DNA of 64,000 bases from Rhina ancylostomus (lineage: Eukaryota), in NCBI GenBank assembly GCA_030265395.1, contig JARFYF010000002.1, positions 53,947,792-54,011,791 on the forward strand, given 5' to 3'. The notes beneath the pieces were generated by a model. That model was not told the origin of the DNA. It saw only the letters and a list, made by a program, of their open reading frames with translations, and did no database searches. The position numbers and the translations under genes were made by a program. This document shows, in pieces, positions 13,313 to 26,635 of the stretch (within the stretch, counting starts at the first letter, position 1; each line of letters starts with the position of its first letter).

Positions 13313-15262
13313 GTGAGTGGCACTTGAGATAGAAATATTTTGTTGCATTGTAGGTTTCATCAAATAAGATGATGAGTAATTTTTCCCTCAACTGTGAATC
13401 ATCTCCTGTTTCTAATTTTCATACTCTTTTAGCTATGAGAACAAGAAAGCCAAATTCCTCCATTGTTGGTAACCAAGTGATCAATATATCTTTGTGGAGT
13501 GAGTTTGGCTTTGACAGTTTTTCATTTCCCCTTTTGTTCTCTATTTTTGTTCATGGGTTGTGAGCATTACTGAATATTGCATTTATTATCCATCCATGAC
13601 TCCACCTTGAGCTGTGCCGGACATCAAGTCCTCCCCAAGATGGATTTAAAGTGATTGAATGAGTTTTGTTGGATTTATTTTTGAATTTAGACTTGATATA
13701 ATGGCATTCTGTCCATGGGTTTACCAGAGACACTACATTTCTGATCATGGATATGTAATTATTAATGTGTATGGTTTCTAAAGTTGACCCAAAATGAGCA
13801 TATTTTTGCAGTAATCCAGTGATTTTATAGCTATAAGTAATTAATGTTTTGAGTAGTTTTGGGATAGTTGCAATTGTTTTCAATGTGTAAGTATATACAT
13901 TTTGTTGTAGATCCTGTACTAAGACATATTAGGCATGCACAGTTTAAAAAAAGTTATCCAAAATTGTAATAGGTGTTATCTGTGGTTCAGTTGGTAACAT
14001 ACTTTTGTCAGAGTTTGAAGTTGGTAAAGAAGTTGAATTCAAATTCCATGAAGGAGAGGATAACACTGTCCTTGGCACCATCTTTCCGATGAATGTGTTT
14101 TTTAGCTCAGCACCCTGTGATCGCAGTATCATGAGGTGGGGACTTTGGGGAGATGAGGACCGTGGTGACAAAATTAAATAAAATTTTAAGCCAGACATGG
14201 CAGGTCAGATGTTGTTGCAGCTATGGTACGTGGGAGTTGATGGAAACCTCTTGAGATCCATTTGTTCACATCTGCAGAATATCTGTCTGTAGCTCAAGGA
14301 ACTTCAGCTCTCTGTTGATGAGATGAAGTGGGATTAGGATAGTTGATGCATCAAAGAGCAGGAAGGTTATCTGGATACTTTGTTCCAGGATAGTTGTCAT
14401 GCTCTTTGGATTAAGTACTGCAGAATTAGTCACTTGAGAGAGGCAGGTGTGACTAGATGAGGCAGATTAAAGGAATCCAGAAGCTAGTCTTGCAACAGCT
14501 GAAGTCCTTGTACTTTTCCAACAAGTGTGAGGTTCTTGCAGCCATTATGGATGGATGAGAGCAGAGGCTGCAGGGTGGATGAACAAATTGACCAAAGCTC
14601 TATAGTATAAGAGCTCATTCAAGTCCGGGAAGTGAAAAGGAATGTAGTGGTAATAAGAGACAATATATTTAGGGAGACTTAATATTTTTATTTGCATACA
14701 CAAGTGTGAATCTGAAGGCTGTGTTGCCTGGTGTCTGTGGAAGGACATCTCTTCAGTCCCATTCACTGGGGTCCACATGGGAACAGACTTCATAGTAAAA
14801 GAGAGGAAAGTAACATTGGAGTGAAAGATCAGCCGTGCTCTTATTGAGTGGTGGAGCAGACAAATAAAATTTGTTTCCTAGAATTTGGCAGCATTGAGAA
14901 AAGTCACTTAGCCCTTTTCACTCTGAGAATTCTGTGATCTCATTGCCCTGCCATATCATCATTCTTTGCTCAGATAATGTAACCTGTTCCTTTCTTATAG
15001 TTTTTTTTTCTTCTGGTGGCACACTATGTGAATAATTATGTGCACACATTTGTAGGTCCTTTTGCGAGGTTTGCAGTAGTAATATGCAGACAGCATGTGA
15101 TCCATAAAGGGGAAAATTGGCTCCAGAATTGGAGCTTGCATTTAACCAGAAATCAATATTTGTTTGTTCCTTGCTACCTCCAGCAGTTGTAATATGTCCA
15201 TCCCAACTCTGGCCAAAATATAATTTGCTTTTTAAGCTCTCCATTGAGAAAACTCACAAGAA

Positions 15263-16180
15263 TACAAGAAACTAGGAGCAGGAGTAGGCCACCTGGTCCC
15301 TCAAGCCTGTCCTGTTGTTCAATATGATCATGGCTGATCTATGCTGGCCTCAATTCCTTTTCTGTGCCAGTTCCCCATGAGCCTCAATTCTTCATTTTTT
15401 CAAATAGTTAAATTAAATCCACCTTAAATATACCTAATGATCTGGCCTCTCCATCACTGTGTGTGTGGGGGGGGGGGGGATGTGAATTTCTTCTCTCTAA
15501 GATCCAGTGCACTCTGAGAGAAGAAATTTCTACGCACTTCATTTTGCAACTATGTCTCCTTGATCATGATTTTCCCAATAGTAGAAGCATCTCAATGTCT
15601 ACTCTATCAAGCCCCCTTAAGATTTTGTATGTTTGAATAAGGTCATCCCTCATTCTTAAGTCCAAGGAATACGGAGCCAAGCTACCCTAGCCTCTCTTGG
15701 TATGACACCCCTCTCATTCCAGGAATTGGCCTGGTGAATCTCCTTTGGACTGCCTGCAATGCTACCACATCCAGTTTTGGATGAGTGAACCAAAAACTGC
15801 ACATTATTCCAGGTGTGGCCTAGTCAGCACCCTGCAAAACTGTAATAGAACTTCCCTTTTCTTAAACTCCATCAGCTTTGCAATAATGGCCAGCATGTTG
15901 TTTGCCACCTTAACTACTTGTTGAACCTGCCTGCACTAGAACACCTAGATCCCTCTGAACTTGCATTTCCCTCTATTTAGATAATAATCCACTTTTTGAT
16001 TTCTCTTACCGAAGTTCATAACCTTGCACTTCCCCAACTTTAGACACCATTTGACAGGTTTTTTGCTTAATCATTCCATATCCTGTTGAATAATCATAAT
16101 GTCCTCATCGCAACATGCCCTTCCATCTATGTTCACATTATCATCATACTTAAAAACCTTGCATTTTGTTTCCTCTTCAG
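15263..16180 (-). mobile_element. CR1-type LINE 3' fragment
   Basis: Begins with the typical reverse-complemented CR1 3' end (aggagcaggagtaggcca); internal ccaaaaactgcacattattccaggtgtggcc motif is shared with other CR1 copies in the window. Confidence 0.7.
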
Positions 16181-17159
16181 TTCATCCAATGGCATTTAAC
16201 CTGATCATGAAGCAGAGGCTATTAGCAAAATGTATGATATTAATTCAAGAATATCGCAATCCATTACCTACTTAAGGAATTTTGGGCAGTGATTTTCCCC
16301 CTTTCAATATAGTTTAAGCAGCTGAAATGGTTCCAGTACTTGAATTGTAAGTTTTAAACAGTTGAAATTGGAAATATTCCAAAGAAGGTCTTGAGATTTT
16401 TAGGCTAAACACTATAATAGCTTTTTACCTTTACTGTAGGAAACCCCAAATATGTGATTCAATTCTGATCTGTACCAAATTGAGTTATTTAGAGAAAGGA
16501 AGAATGTGATGAATATTAGCATTTGCCATACTAAATTTTTCTCTCTGGTTTTGAAGTGTATCAGCACAGTGGAAGAAAATGTAATTATTTCCTTCCTTTG
16601 GAGGGAGTCATTTGGTTAAGATTTAGAAACTGCTGTTAAACTAATTTTCCAGAAGCTCCTGCAGAATTTACCCAAAATGCCCAAAATATTAAGTAATAAA
16701 AAATAATGCATAGAAGTGTAATAAGTTGCTCTTTTAACTGATAATCCAGCAACCCATGAAATGAAATGTTACTTTCATGTTATGTATATATCATTGGCAA
16801 AGCTCAGTGAGCCTTCTCTAATTTTATGACATCATAATGCTCTAGATTTTGCAATTGGCACTGAAACAAGTGCATCTGTTGCTGACCTCAAACAAATGTC
16901 CACAGCAATCTTGCATGTTGTCTGGTGTGGACATCCTTTTCTCTCATGTCAGTTGTTTTCAAGCCCCAACTTGAGGAAATCCCTGACCTGCAGCAGAAGA
17001 TCATCAAGTTGGCTCATCATGCAATCCCATTGAAGGATTCTCACGTGTCGTGGGAGGAAAAAAGTGTAGTTATCTGTATTGTACATGCAAATAGGAAAAT
17101 ACATTTAAGATTAGGGTAGAGGCTTTTTTATTTTAAATGTACTCCCAATTGACAGCTCA

Positions 17160-17958
17160 ATAAGCAGTCATGTCCTGATTTTTAGGTATGCTTGGTGCTG
17201 TTGTTAGCTTGTCTTTCTGCATTCCCCATTTGAACCAGGGTTGATCTCCTGACTTGATAGAAATGGTAGAGTGAGGAATATGATGGGCATGAGTATACAG
17301 GTTATAGTGGTATACATTCCTGTTATTATTGATGGTCAACAGTCTTGGATGCCCAGTTTTGACTGTTCTGAGTCTATGCCAGTTGGTACAATTGTAGTGG
17401 AACACAATGCAGATTACGTGGTAATCACTTTCTCTCATGTGTGGATGGATGTATCTGTTAGAGATGGATTGGTGGAATGAGGTCAAAATGGTTTAACCCT
17501 CATGCTGTTATGCTTACTACCTGTTGCATACTCCATCTGGTAACAAAAGGCCTTCGGGAGTCGGCCACCAATGACACTAACAAACTATTCTTGGTGGTGG
17601 ATGTTGCAGTCTCCTCCCCCTGCTACTTTCCATGCTGCCAAGTGTTCTTCAACATGAAGCACTAGCTCATTAGTTGAGGAAGGACAGCACTGATAATCAG
17701 GAGGTATTCTTGCTCATGTTTGACCTGAAGCTGTGAGGCTACATTGGGTCTAGAATCATTGCTGAGAACTCCCAGGGCTATTTCTTTCCATTGGTGTACC
17801 AGCAAGCTGTTGTCTCTGGTGGGTTTGAATGGATTGTATGTCCAGGCCTCTAAGTACAAACCATAATGGGTTATGGCAGAGAACAATTTCAGATGTTTGA
17901 TATAAAACGTGCTGCAGTTGAGGTATGACTGGGAATGTCTTGCAGCACCAAGTGATTT
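17160..17958 (-). mobile_element. Decayed non-LTR retrotransposon ORF2 fragment
   Basis: Minus-strand HHIPHSTISIKSGDQPWF resembles an EN-RT linker. Related-looking decayed sequence occurs at about 34600-36000 and 55440-55900. Confidence 0.5.
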
Positions 17959-18847
17959 NNNNNNNNNNNNNNNNNNNNNNNNNNNNNNNNNNNNNNNNNN
18001 NNNNNNNNNNNNNNNNNNNNNNNNNNNNNNNNNNNNNNNNNNNNNNNNNNNNNNNNNNNNNNNNNNNNNNNNNNNNNNNNNNNNNNNNNNNNNNNNNNNN
18101 NNNNNNNNNNNNNNNNNNNNNNNNNNNNNNNNNNNNNNNNNNNNNNNNNNNNNNNNNNNNNNNNNNNNNNNNNNNNNNNNNNNNNNNNNNNNNNNNNNNN
18201 NNNNNNNNNNNNNNNNNNNNNNNNNNNNNNNNNNNNNNNNNNNNNNNNNNNNATTTTTTTTCCACCACACCCCCCCCCCCCCCCCATTTTTCTCTCTTCA
18301 AGGATTGCCAACTTCCTGGGAGTGTTCAGCACATTCTTTTAATTCGCACACCAATAATCTTGTTAACACAATATAGTGTTGCTATATTTATATTTTTGTG
18401 AGCTTGTGTAGATGAAGCATATTCGCTCACTTCTTCATGAACACCCTGCTCCCAATTGTTTTGAAATTAGTATTATGACATTGCATTTATTTTTGATTTA
18501 ATAGGGTATGGGATTAAATTCGCCTAATTAGGCTACTGATACTCACAAGTGTAATGCACTTCAAGTAGAATTTCATGCAAGTTTGAATGCCAGGTTTGGG
18601 ATTGCTGGCGCTAGTACTTAATACTGGGCTAGTAAACCAGAAGCCTGGAGTATCATTCCAGCAATATAAATTCAATTCCCACCATGGACTCTTTTTCTGC
18701 CATAGATTCTTTCTCCTGGCCAGGTACCCTTGCTCTTTTCTTTAAATAAGAAGTCAATTATAGTGTGCATTTTCTTGATATAATTGCTGTGGATACTTGA
18801 ATCAATGGTTATAAAGAACATTTGGTTATCTACATTTTTAATTATAG

Positions 18848-19011
18848 GTGTATTTCTCCGATGGAATCGTTCTTCAAAATACCTGGATGAGGCCTGGGAT
18901 GAAATAATTCATATTATTGAGTATAATAAGGATTTGCAGGCAAAAGTAAATGCACTCCGACGTCAGCTAGCTGAGCTACAAACAGAAGATGGAGATCTTG
19001 AAAGTCCTTGA
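18848..19011 (+). CDS. MTMR9: MTMR9 last coding exon (coiled coil, stop TGA)
   Basis: tag|GT GTA...; VFLRWNRSSKYLDEAWDEIIHIIEYNKDLQAKVNALRRQLAELQTEDGDLESP*, 164 nt. Confidence 0.95.
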
Positions 19012-20337
19012 AAAATATTGCAAATTTATAAATTATTACATTTACTCCATTGAAAAGAATTAACAGTTTGTATATGATGCTGTGCGTGTATTAATCCTTA
19101 AGTATCCTTGAACATCAAGTTCTCTCTAGTAAGAGGAAATTTAGATGAATCCTTGCTATTAGTTACATGGTAATAATTCAGATGCACCGAAAACCAGCTT
19201 TTGAGGAGGAATATTTTTCAGTACAGTTTTAAAGTAAAATCTGCAAATCAAGCTGCTAACCATCCAATTTCAGGATGGATTAATCAGAAAAATATTGCAC
19301 AAGTATTGAAATATAATTCCTTATATAACCTTGCCCGTGTATTTCCACTCTGCCTTATTGTACTGTCACTTCTGTTTACTAGGCTGTATCCTTATGGAAG
19401 GTGTGAGCAAATCACTGATTGTGGGAGCAGTTAAATAATCAAATTATTGAATTAGAAGGATGACTGAATTATTGAAGCATTTATTGAATTTTGTAACACA
19501 TTGAGATTTGTCAAAGTCTACTATTGTATAATTTAAAAATTAACATTCAGAAATAGCATTTTTTTTAGAGATAACATGTATGTCAAAATGGGAGAGTGTA
19601 ATATTAAGTAGATTAAAGTACTTCAGGCCGTGAATCTTTGGAAGATGCAGAGGAAATTACTAAGTTTAGTTTAATATTGCCATCAGTTATTGCACTTAGA
19701 TCTATCTATACTTTGGATTGGAAGAAAACTACTTTCCTTGGAAATTATGATCTGACCAAAAGCTACTGAAACTTACTCATGTGGAAACATTGCACCTACT
19801 ACATGTCACAAGTAATGATTTCTGCTAACAGTGCCAGATTGCTTTTAATAGAACTGCAGGCCTATTTATTATCACTTGCAACCTTAGAAACACTTATCCT
19901 AATGCTTATTATACTAAAATATGGAAAGAAATGAGAGACACTGATGAGCTCTATTCTGATTCTGTTCAATGGCAAGTAAGATTTTTTGAGCAAAGTGAAT
20001 TATGCAAATTATTATTACTAAGTGCATTTATAATGAAATGATCAGCTTATTTCAATTTGAAATGGAAGAGGACCAAGCTAGCTGCAAAGGTGGAATGTTT
20101 TTGTGTTTAACAGACAAAAATAATGGTAAAATTATACAGGAAAAATACCTCCCAAGAATATTAAACACTGTTCTCCAAATGGGCAAAAACATATCTATAT
20201 ATCTATAGATAGATGTAATCTATTTCTGGATTCTGGTATAATTGTTTGCACTTTATGAAGAATATACTTCAGTTATATCATTGTCAGGTGGTAACTTTGC
20301 TCTTTGAAATTAACCTCTCAAATGATAAATGCATACC

Positions 20338-20343
20338 AATAAA
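20338..20343 (+). terminator. Candidate MTMR9 polyadenylation signal AATAAA (another at 20919-20924)
   Basis: First AATAAA noticed downstream of the stop codon; usage unknown. Confidence 0.3.
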
Positions 20344-22829
20344 TTATAACTACTAAGTAGAATATGTTCACAAGATTTAATGGTTGCTTATTTATACTAG
20401 ACCACTGAGTGGCACAATTCAGGTATGCCAATTTTTGCTGAAGGAACTGTAGTTAAGTGCATTTGAAAATACACTAGATGCCCACTTTTACCAAACAGTC
20501 ATTTCCAGTCTTTATTTGAACTAGCACTTTAACCTTCCAACAGAAAAGTCCTTACTGAAATTTTAACCTGCATATGCTTGTTATTCTTTGGCATCGTTCC
20601 TGTACAAATTAACATTTGAAATGATCTTGAAGTAATTGTTGCTGATAAAGCAGAGAAGTTGGTGTAGGAAATGTATGGCACAATGCATCCTTCCTTGTCT
20701 ATGTAGATGCTTGTTTGAATACTTTGCTGATCATTGGATGAAATAATTAGGGCAGCTTTTTAAAAGTATATTTATGTCTTTGTTACACTACATTATTAAA
20801 GTTAGGTATTTTGGAGGTTAACACAAAGTCTGTGATGTCAGATGTCCTTGGATTTTTTTTATTGTTTTGCCCAGTATATTAACTTAGTATTTTTTTTTAA
20901 TTCTGATTTGGATAATTGAATAAATGCTTGACTAGTTCCAGAAAGTTTGGATCCATTTTTAGTATGGGTAGTACCAATGTGGTCGTATCAATAGAGTTGT
21001 GAGATATTAATAACATTTTCAAACCTCAACAGTAAGGTGAGTGGCTTTTTTACAACCAACCCCCTTCACCTTGAAATCCCGCCACCTCATTCAAGGGGGA
21101 AAATGGCCTCATCCTTTGTGGAGCCAGTTCACTTGAGGCCAGTTTTGAGATCACAATAGTCTACTGCCAGGTAACTTCTGAAGTTAGTGTGACTGTTGCT
21201 GATACAATTTTGTGAGGAACTGCATTAATGCTTTTACAAAATAACTTCAAGTTCTCTATTTATATTCAATTAAAGATGGATGCAATTCAAGTACTGATGG
21301 GTATGTAATTTTTGCCAATGGCAACATGATTTTGAAACCGATGATGTGAGTACTGAGTCTTTTAGATTGCTTCAGGAAGATATCACTTGCTGTTCTGATA
21401 GTTGCCCCTTTGGCTTTCTTCTATAATTGAAGCTTGCTTATCAACATCAATAGAGAATCTTTAAAAGGATGTAATTTTTTTCAATAATTAATCTCTAATG
21501 GACTGGAGTAATTAGCATTAAAATGTTCTGTCAATATATACGGTTGTGAAGCATTTTGTGCTAAATTCAGAAATCCTGTTAAATCATTTTGTAGTACTGT
21601 GTGGCCAGTGTAGTGCATGTATATGAAAACAGCTGACTTCAATCTATCTGATTATGTGAACCAGATGATATAATATGTAGGTGATGCAATATTTGAAGCT
21701 CATGCAAATTCCATCTTTCTGCAAATTCAACCAGGTGTTTACTTCACTTGTGTGAAAATTTAAGGGTATGAAATTTGTTCAAAGTACAAGCTATGCTGTG
21801 TGAAATGTTATCATTGGTTAAGTCCTGTCTAAATTTTGCAATGCATGCATTGGCTTGAAATGTAATTCTTTTTGACATTAAATGTTTTAAATACACATGA
21901 CTCTATCTGTTGTCTTCATTCACACTTGTATCCAACAAAGTCATCTTTGCAAAATTTTAAAATTTCAAAATGTCAAATTAAAATAATGATCAGGGATTGC
22001 ATTTTTTGTTTAAATCCTATTTTGAATTGTTGTTTTACTAGTTTAATCAAAGAATAATTCTGTTGAAATTATTATGAATCATTTTTTCAAAGTGCAATTG
22101 AAGAACTCAATGCAGATCATTTTATGCACAGAGTGGATTCTGGGTTCTAACTCTGACAGCACAGGAGTTTTCAGTTCTATTAATTAGACCACAATAGTTT
22201 GGCTATCATCTTTGCAAAGTCTTTGTATTTTGAAGGTACTTGCATAATTGTTGGATAAATTCTGAATCATGGCATTAAATTTGATGATGTAATTTCAACT
22301 TTATGGGCCTCATGTTTTATGATGGCCTACAAAAGCAAAGTTTAGACACCTGATTCAGCTTGTTCTTCCATAAGAAGCAATGAACCAATGTGGCATGTCA
22401 TTCATTATGGGCTATTTATTTAGAAAAAATCTTTTCCTTTACGAGAAGCTAAATGTGATGGAAATGTTTGTACTGTTAAGCATTTTCAGAGATTGTATAC
22501 GCTCCATTACAAGTTGTTTTCCAACTGAAGTGAAGTTTTTTTTGAGGTTGACAGCTGAATAAGATGGAATGAAATTTTACAAAAATCATTTTTTTAAATG
22601 AGAGGTTTTGTTTTAAATATTCAAAAACTAGGCTACTCAATCATTGTTGATATAGTGAAATCTCCTTATTGCAGGAGTAGAAGAATCAGAACAATGAAAG
22701 AAGCCGCCTTCCTTTTCAGCAGTCCCTCAGGATCAATGAGGACTTGATTCCACTCTGGTTTTGTCATTTCTGCGGTGCCTGATAAGGCCAATATGTGAAC
22801 TGCAGACTCTTCCACAGATGTTAATTTAT

Positions 22830-23055
22830 AAAGTTGTCTTCTGCTTCTGCTACATTCCCTGGGCCTCTGTGTGCTTCTGATGCATGATTTCAAGGTTTTC
22901 AAACTCCTCCTCAATGCTCCTCCACTTTGAGTACTCATTGGCAATAGATTCCCAGGAGTCACTGGATGAGGCATTTCCTTGAGGAGGCTTTGAGCATATC
23001 CTTGAATCTTCCGTCTCCCTGGTAAATGCTCCTCTTGACAGAGCTCAGCATAGAC
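22830..23055 (-). mobile_element. RTE/BovB-like LINE 3' fragment (related copy at about 32770-32922)
   Basis: Minus strand resembles the RTE C-terminus (YxEL...RKRFKDxLKxSLKK...DSWExLA); the shared segment agattcccaggagt...ctttgagcat.ccttgaa recurs at 32.8 kb. Confidence 0.55.
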
Positions 23056-25299
23056 TCTACAATGCCTGTTATTAACCCACCATGCTGAATATTAGCAAAT
23101 CAGCAACAAATATTTTAACATACTTGCAGACCCTACTCTAAAACTAAATGTGTCAAGGTTATGATAAGGTAGACACTTGTTAACTAATAGCTTTGTGCAG
23201 TAATTTTTATACAAAAATTGAATTAACGTTTTTATAATTAAGTCATACTGCAGTTAGCTTTTTTTGTATTCTGCTTGCAAGTTACAATTGTATTTATTCA
23301 AAAAGGCCCTCTCAAAATTGCAGTTTTGTAAAATATACCGCTCTTCTCTCCCTCGCATTGATTAACTCAGTACTGGGTGTCGTTGTCAAGAAAGGAGAGA
23401 GAGAAATGGCAATGAGGCATGAGGGAAAATTGCATCTTATTTTCAGCTTGTGGGCTTGGGTCACAGGTGGGCAACCGTCATTGTGTGGTAGACTGCCTAT
23501 GGGGATGTAGGGGTTAGCCTACCTTTCCATCAAAGGGCATTCAGCAGTTGGTGGAACCTGCTCCCAGGACTGGATTAGTCATGTCTGAGGAAGGGGCATA
23601 CCTTCTTCAGCCCAGTTGTGCAATGGAATGGATTGGTCCTTGCTGAAGAGGGATGGCTAATGGCAGATGGAGGATAACAGTTGGTTCCCAATGGAAAGCA
23701 CAAGATGGCAAGGCATAAAATTTGCCTACTGACATTAAAATGTCAACATTTTTGCTGTTGTTTTGTTATGTCAACAATTCAATCATTTTTTTTTAAAGGT
23801 TCATCCTGCAATTTAGGGTCTTGCCAGTATAAATCTAACTAAAATTATACAATGCTCTCTTTATAACTAATCTATTTAATATTTTTTCAATTTGATACTT
23901 TACGAAACTTAAACATTAACTGTCAGACAAATAACGTGTTCAATGCTGTAACTATTAAGTGAGTGTTCAATATCACTTTTTAATAATCCATGATTTTTTT
24001 TTGTTGGGATAACTTGTTTTGGTGATTTGTGTTGAAGATTAAAATGCAACAGTTATAGGGGGTGGCAGTAATCTTTTTTTAAAAAATCATTAGTTTGTGA
24101 ATCCTCTTAATATCAAGTTTCAAGAATTTATCACCTTATAAAGATAATACTATTTCAAGTAATCTTGATGAACCAGTGTTAAAATCCTTTTGTCCTCCTC
24201 TGGTTGAGAATTGATAGTCATTATAAAACTATGCATATGAGAACATTATTAAAGAACTGCCCTTCAAATCCTGCTGGAGAGCATGTGTAAGAAAATGTTA
24301 CCAAACCACATTGTTAACATTTTCAGTCAACGTTCTGTAAATACTGTCGGACCTGTATTTCCAGTTTTTTAAAATTTCAGACTTGTAATTACAATATTTG
24401 CTTCGGGAATGACTGGTTTGTTTATAGTGGTCTTTTAAATCTGGTTTCATAACTTTCAATTTCGCATGATTGTGCAGTTTGAGATTACCAGCTGTTGGAA
24501 ATGAAATTATGAATATATCATGAGCCAAACAATTGTTAGGTTCATGAAGTGATTTTAGTAATATTTTTAAATTAGGTGACCTGACCTTTATCTGTCATGT
24601 AATCTCGCTGTATCCCTGAGTCATTTTTTCATTCCCAATCCTACCCCAGCCAAACACTATGCTTCATTATTAAAAAGGTTGAATCACCCATGGATAAACT
24701 CGGCTCTATTGCTTGGCTCTTGCCGGATTTTATTGGGTTTGACGTGTCCAGACTAAAATAATCCACGGCAATGCTTGCCATTTTCAAGCTCTAAAGTTCA
24801 GATGCTTTTTAAAAAAAAATCCTCTTCTCGTGCTTGTCACATTGCTGAATACAGTCTCGTGTTTGAAGCGTGCACACCATAATTTAGTGGTTATGAACTA
24901 TTGCCATGCCATGGGGTTGAAGTTGTCTTTGATCTGACCCTTCGTCGCAAGTGCTTGGTTGGAAGATCAGGTGTTTTTCCAAGCAGTTGAACTTTAGCGC
25001 ATCGTAGAAGACAGAAGATGGGATGGAACAAAAATGAAGTAATGAGCAACTTGAAGATCAGGATCACACTTGTGGATGGTTCTGAGGTCGTTTGCAAGGT
25101 ATTAGCTCGGCCTTCGGCAAGCTTTCCTGCAGAGGAAATCACGTTCAAGAAGTTCTTAACATTTTTATTAATGACGAGTTTGTCTACGCATTTGCACTAT
25201 TTCATATAAACAGACTACACTCTGGAGCGTAAATGTAGTAAAAATTGGTCTTTTTTCAGTCAAATGCTAAAACAACTCACATAAGAGTACTTTTTCTCC

Positions 25300-26520
25300 A
25301 ACCTATTGTAACGCCACATGGCGTCTCTGATAATTGTATCCACACGAAGTGAAATTTATTAGGTTCTGTTCAGTGCGACGGAGTAATTTCCCCATCGCGG
25401 CAGCCGGAATGCCATCTGATACTGCAATGAAAGCGATGTGGAAAAGTCAGAGCAAATCTAGCAACCTGCGCCACGTGGGGACCTGCCCCTGGGTTGCTAG
25501 GACACTGCGGGTGGATCGACGTCGCTGGGATACGGCCAGATGACTGACGTCGACGCTTTCCCAGCGGGACCAATGAGCGTTGAGGCTTTGGCAAAAAGAG
25601 CCAATCATATTTCAGACAGGCACACGGTTCCGCGGGATAAAAGACGCGTGAAGGCGGCTGATGCAATCTAAGTCGCGACGCGTGTGGAGGGCGGTTGGGC
25701 CGGTTGCTGACTCAGGTAGGACGGAACCTCGGGTGGTGGGTTGGGCACAAGCTGGGATCAGGAAAGCATCCATTGCAAACAACTCCTTCCCCAATGGGTC
25801 TGGCTGCCTGCGAGGGATCGGAAAAACAAGAATATAAAGGCTGATGCTGGAAATCTGACATTTAAAAAAAAGGGAAAAAAGCTGTTAGTGCAAAGCGGGT
25901 CGGGCAGCGTCTGTGGAGGGAGGAAGTGAACGTTTGGACTCGGTCCGCCTCAGGATCTGCGCTGGTTGTGGAGCGGGATGAAGTGCGCTTGACTCCCGGG
26001 GGATGATATAGCAGATGGCTGCAGCGCAGGGTGGGATTGACCGGGGCTGGGGCCCGGGCCGGCGAGTAACGGTCCCTTCACTTGAGCCGGTGCTGGGCTC
26101 ATCCGTGATGGTGCTGGCTCCTTGATACCACGTCCATCTCCTGTGCTAGCCCTGGGGGTTCCCGTTGTTTCACCCGTTTGAGTCGCCGGCTGTTTTCAGA
26201 GTCCACTGTTTGGGAATTGAACTGGACGGGGCATTGCCGAGATACCGTGAAAGTCAGGCTGGAGCAGGGAACCTTTCCAGTAACTTTATGCGCTTAACCA
26301 TGTGCCAAACAACTTCCATCACAACTAAACTTGGAATGCAGGATCACGGGGAGACACGAGTGTGTGACGCAGGGATCTCTGTGCAGTTTGGCCATAATGT
26401 CAGCCGACAGCAGAGTCAAGCCTTCCCCGCCCCCGTCTCTTCTCCCCGTAGAACAACGGAAAGTACGGGAAATACTCAGCGGGGCAGCAGCGTCTGTGGG
26501 GAGAGAAACGGCAAACGTTT
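25300..26520 (+). promoter_or_regulatory. CpG island and putative TDH promoter
   Basis: Sharp CpG/GC enrichment in AT-rich background. E-box CACGTG 25472-25477, CRE-like TGACGTC 25545-25551, CCAAT 25570-25574 and 25601-25605, GATAAAA 25636-25642, TGATGCAAT 25659-25667, TGCTGACTCA 25705-25714. Confidence 0.8.
25665..25715 (+). other. TDH: Candidate non-coding first exon of TDH (start approximate)
   Basis: The first coding exon has a splice acceptor 9 nt before its ATG, so an upstream exon is implied; a donor CAG|GTAGGA at 25715/25716 lies downstream of the promoter motifs. Confidence 0.45.
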
Positions 26521-26635
26521 TAGGACGATGGAATGTCATCGACCTAAAACTCCGTTTTCCTTTCCACAAATGGTGTCATGTACTATTTCCGGCATGATCT
26601 GTTTTATCTCTGGTTTCCAGATCTGTAATTTTCGT
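26450..26635. mobile_element. Penelope-derived short element, fold-back (inverted arms)
   Basis: GTTTTAGGACGATG (26517-26530) pairs with CATCGACCTAAAAC (26537-26550); the outer arms are the family tail in opposite orientations. Confidence 0.55.

Noticed and set aside
13480-17010. Short look-alikes of the missing MTMR9 exon (ISLWS at about 13487, VICPSQLW at about 15189, LQQKII at about 16988)
   Set aside because: Only 4-5 residue matches, far apart, without a continuous frame or suitable splice sites.
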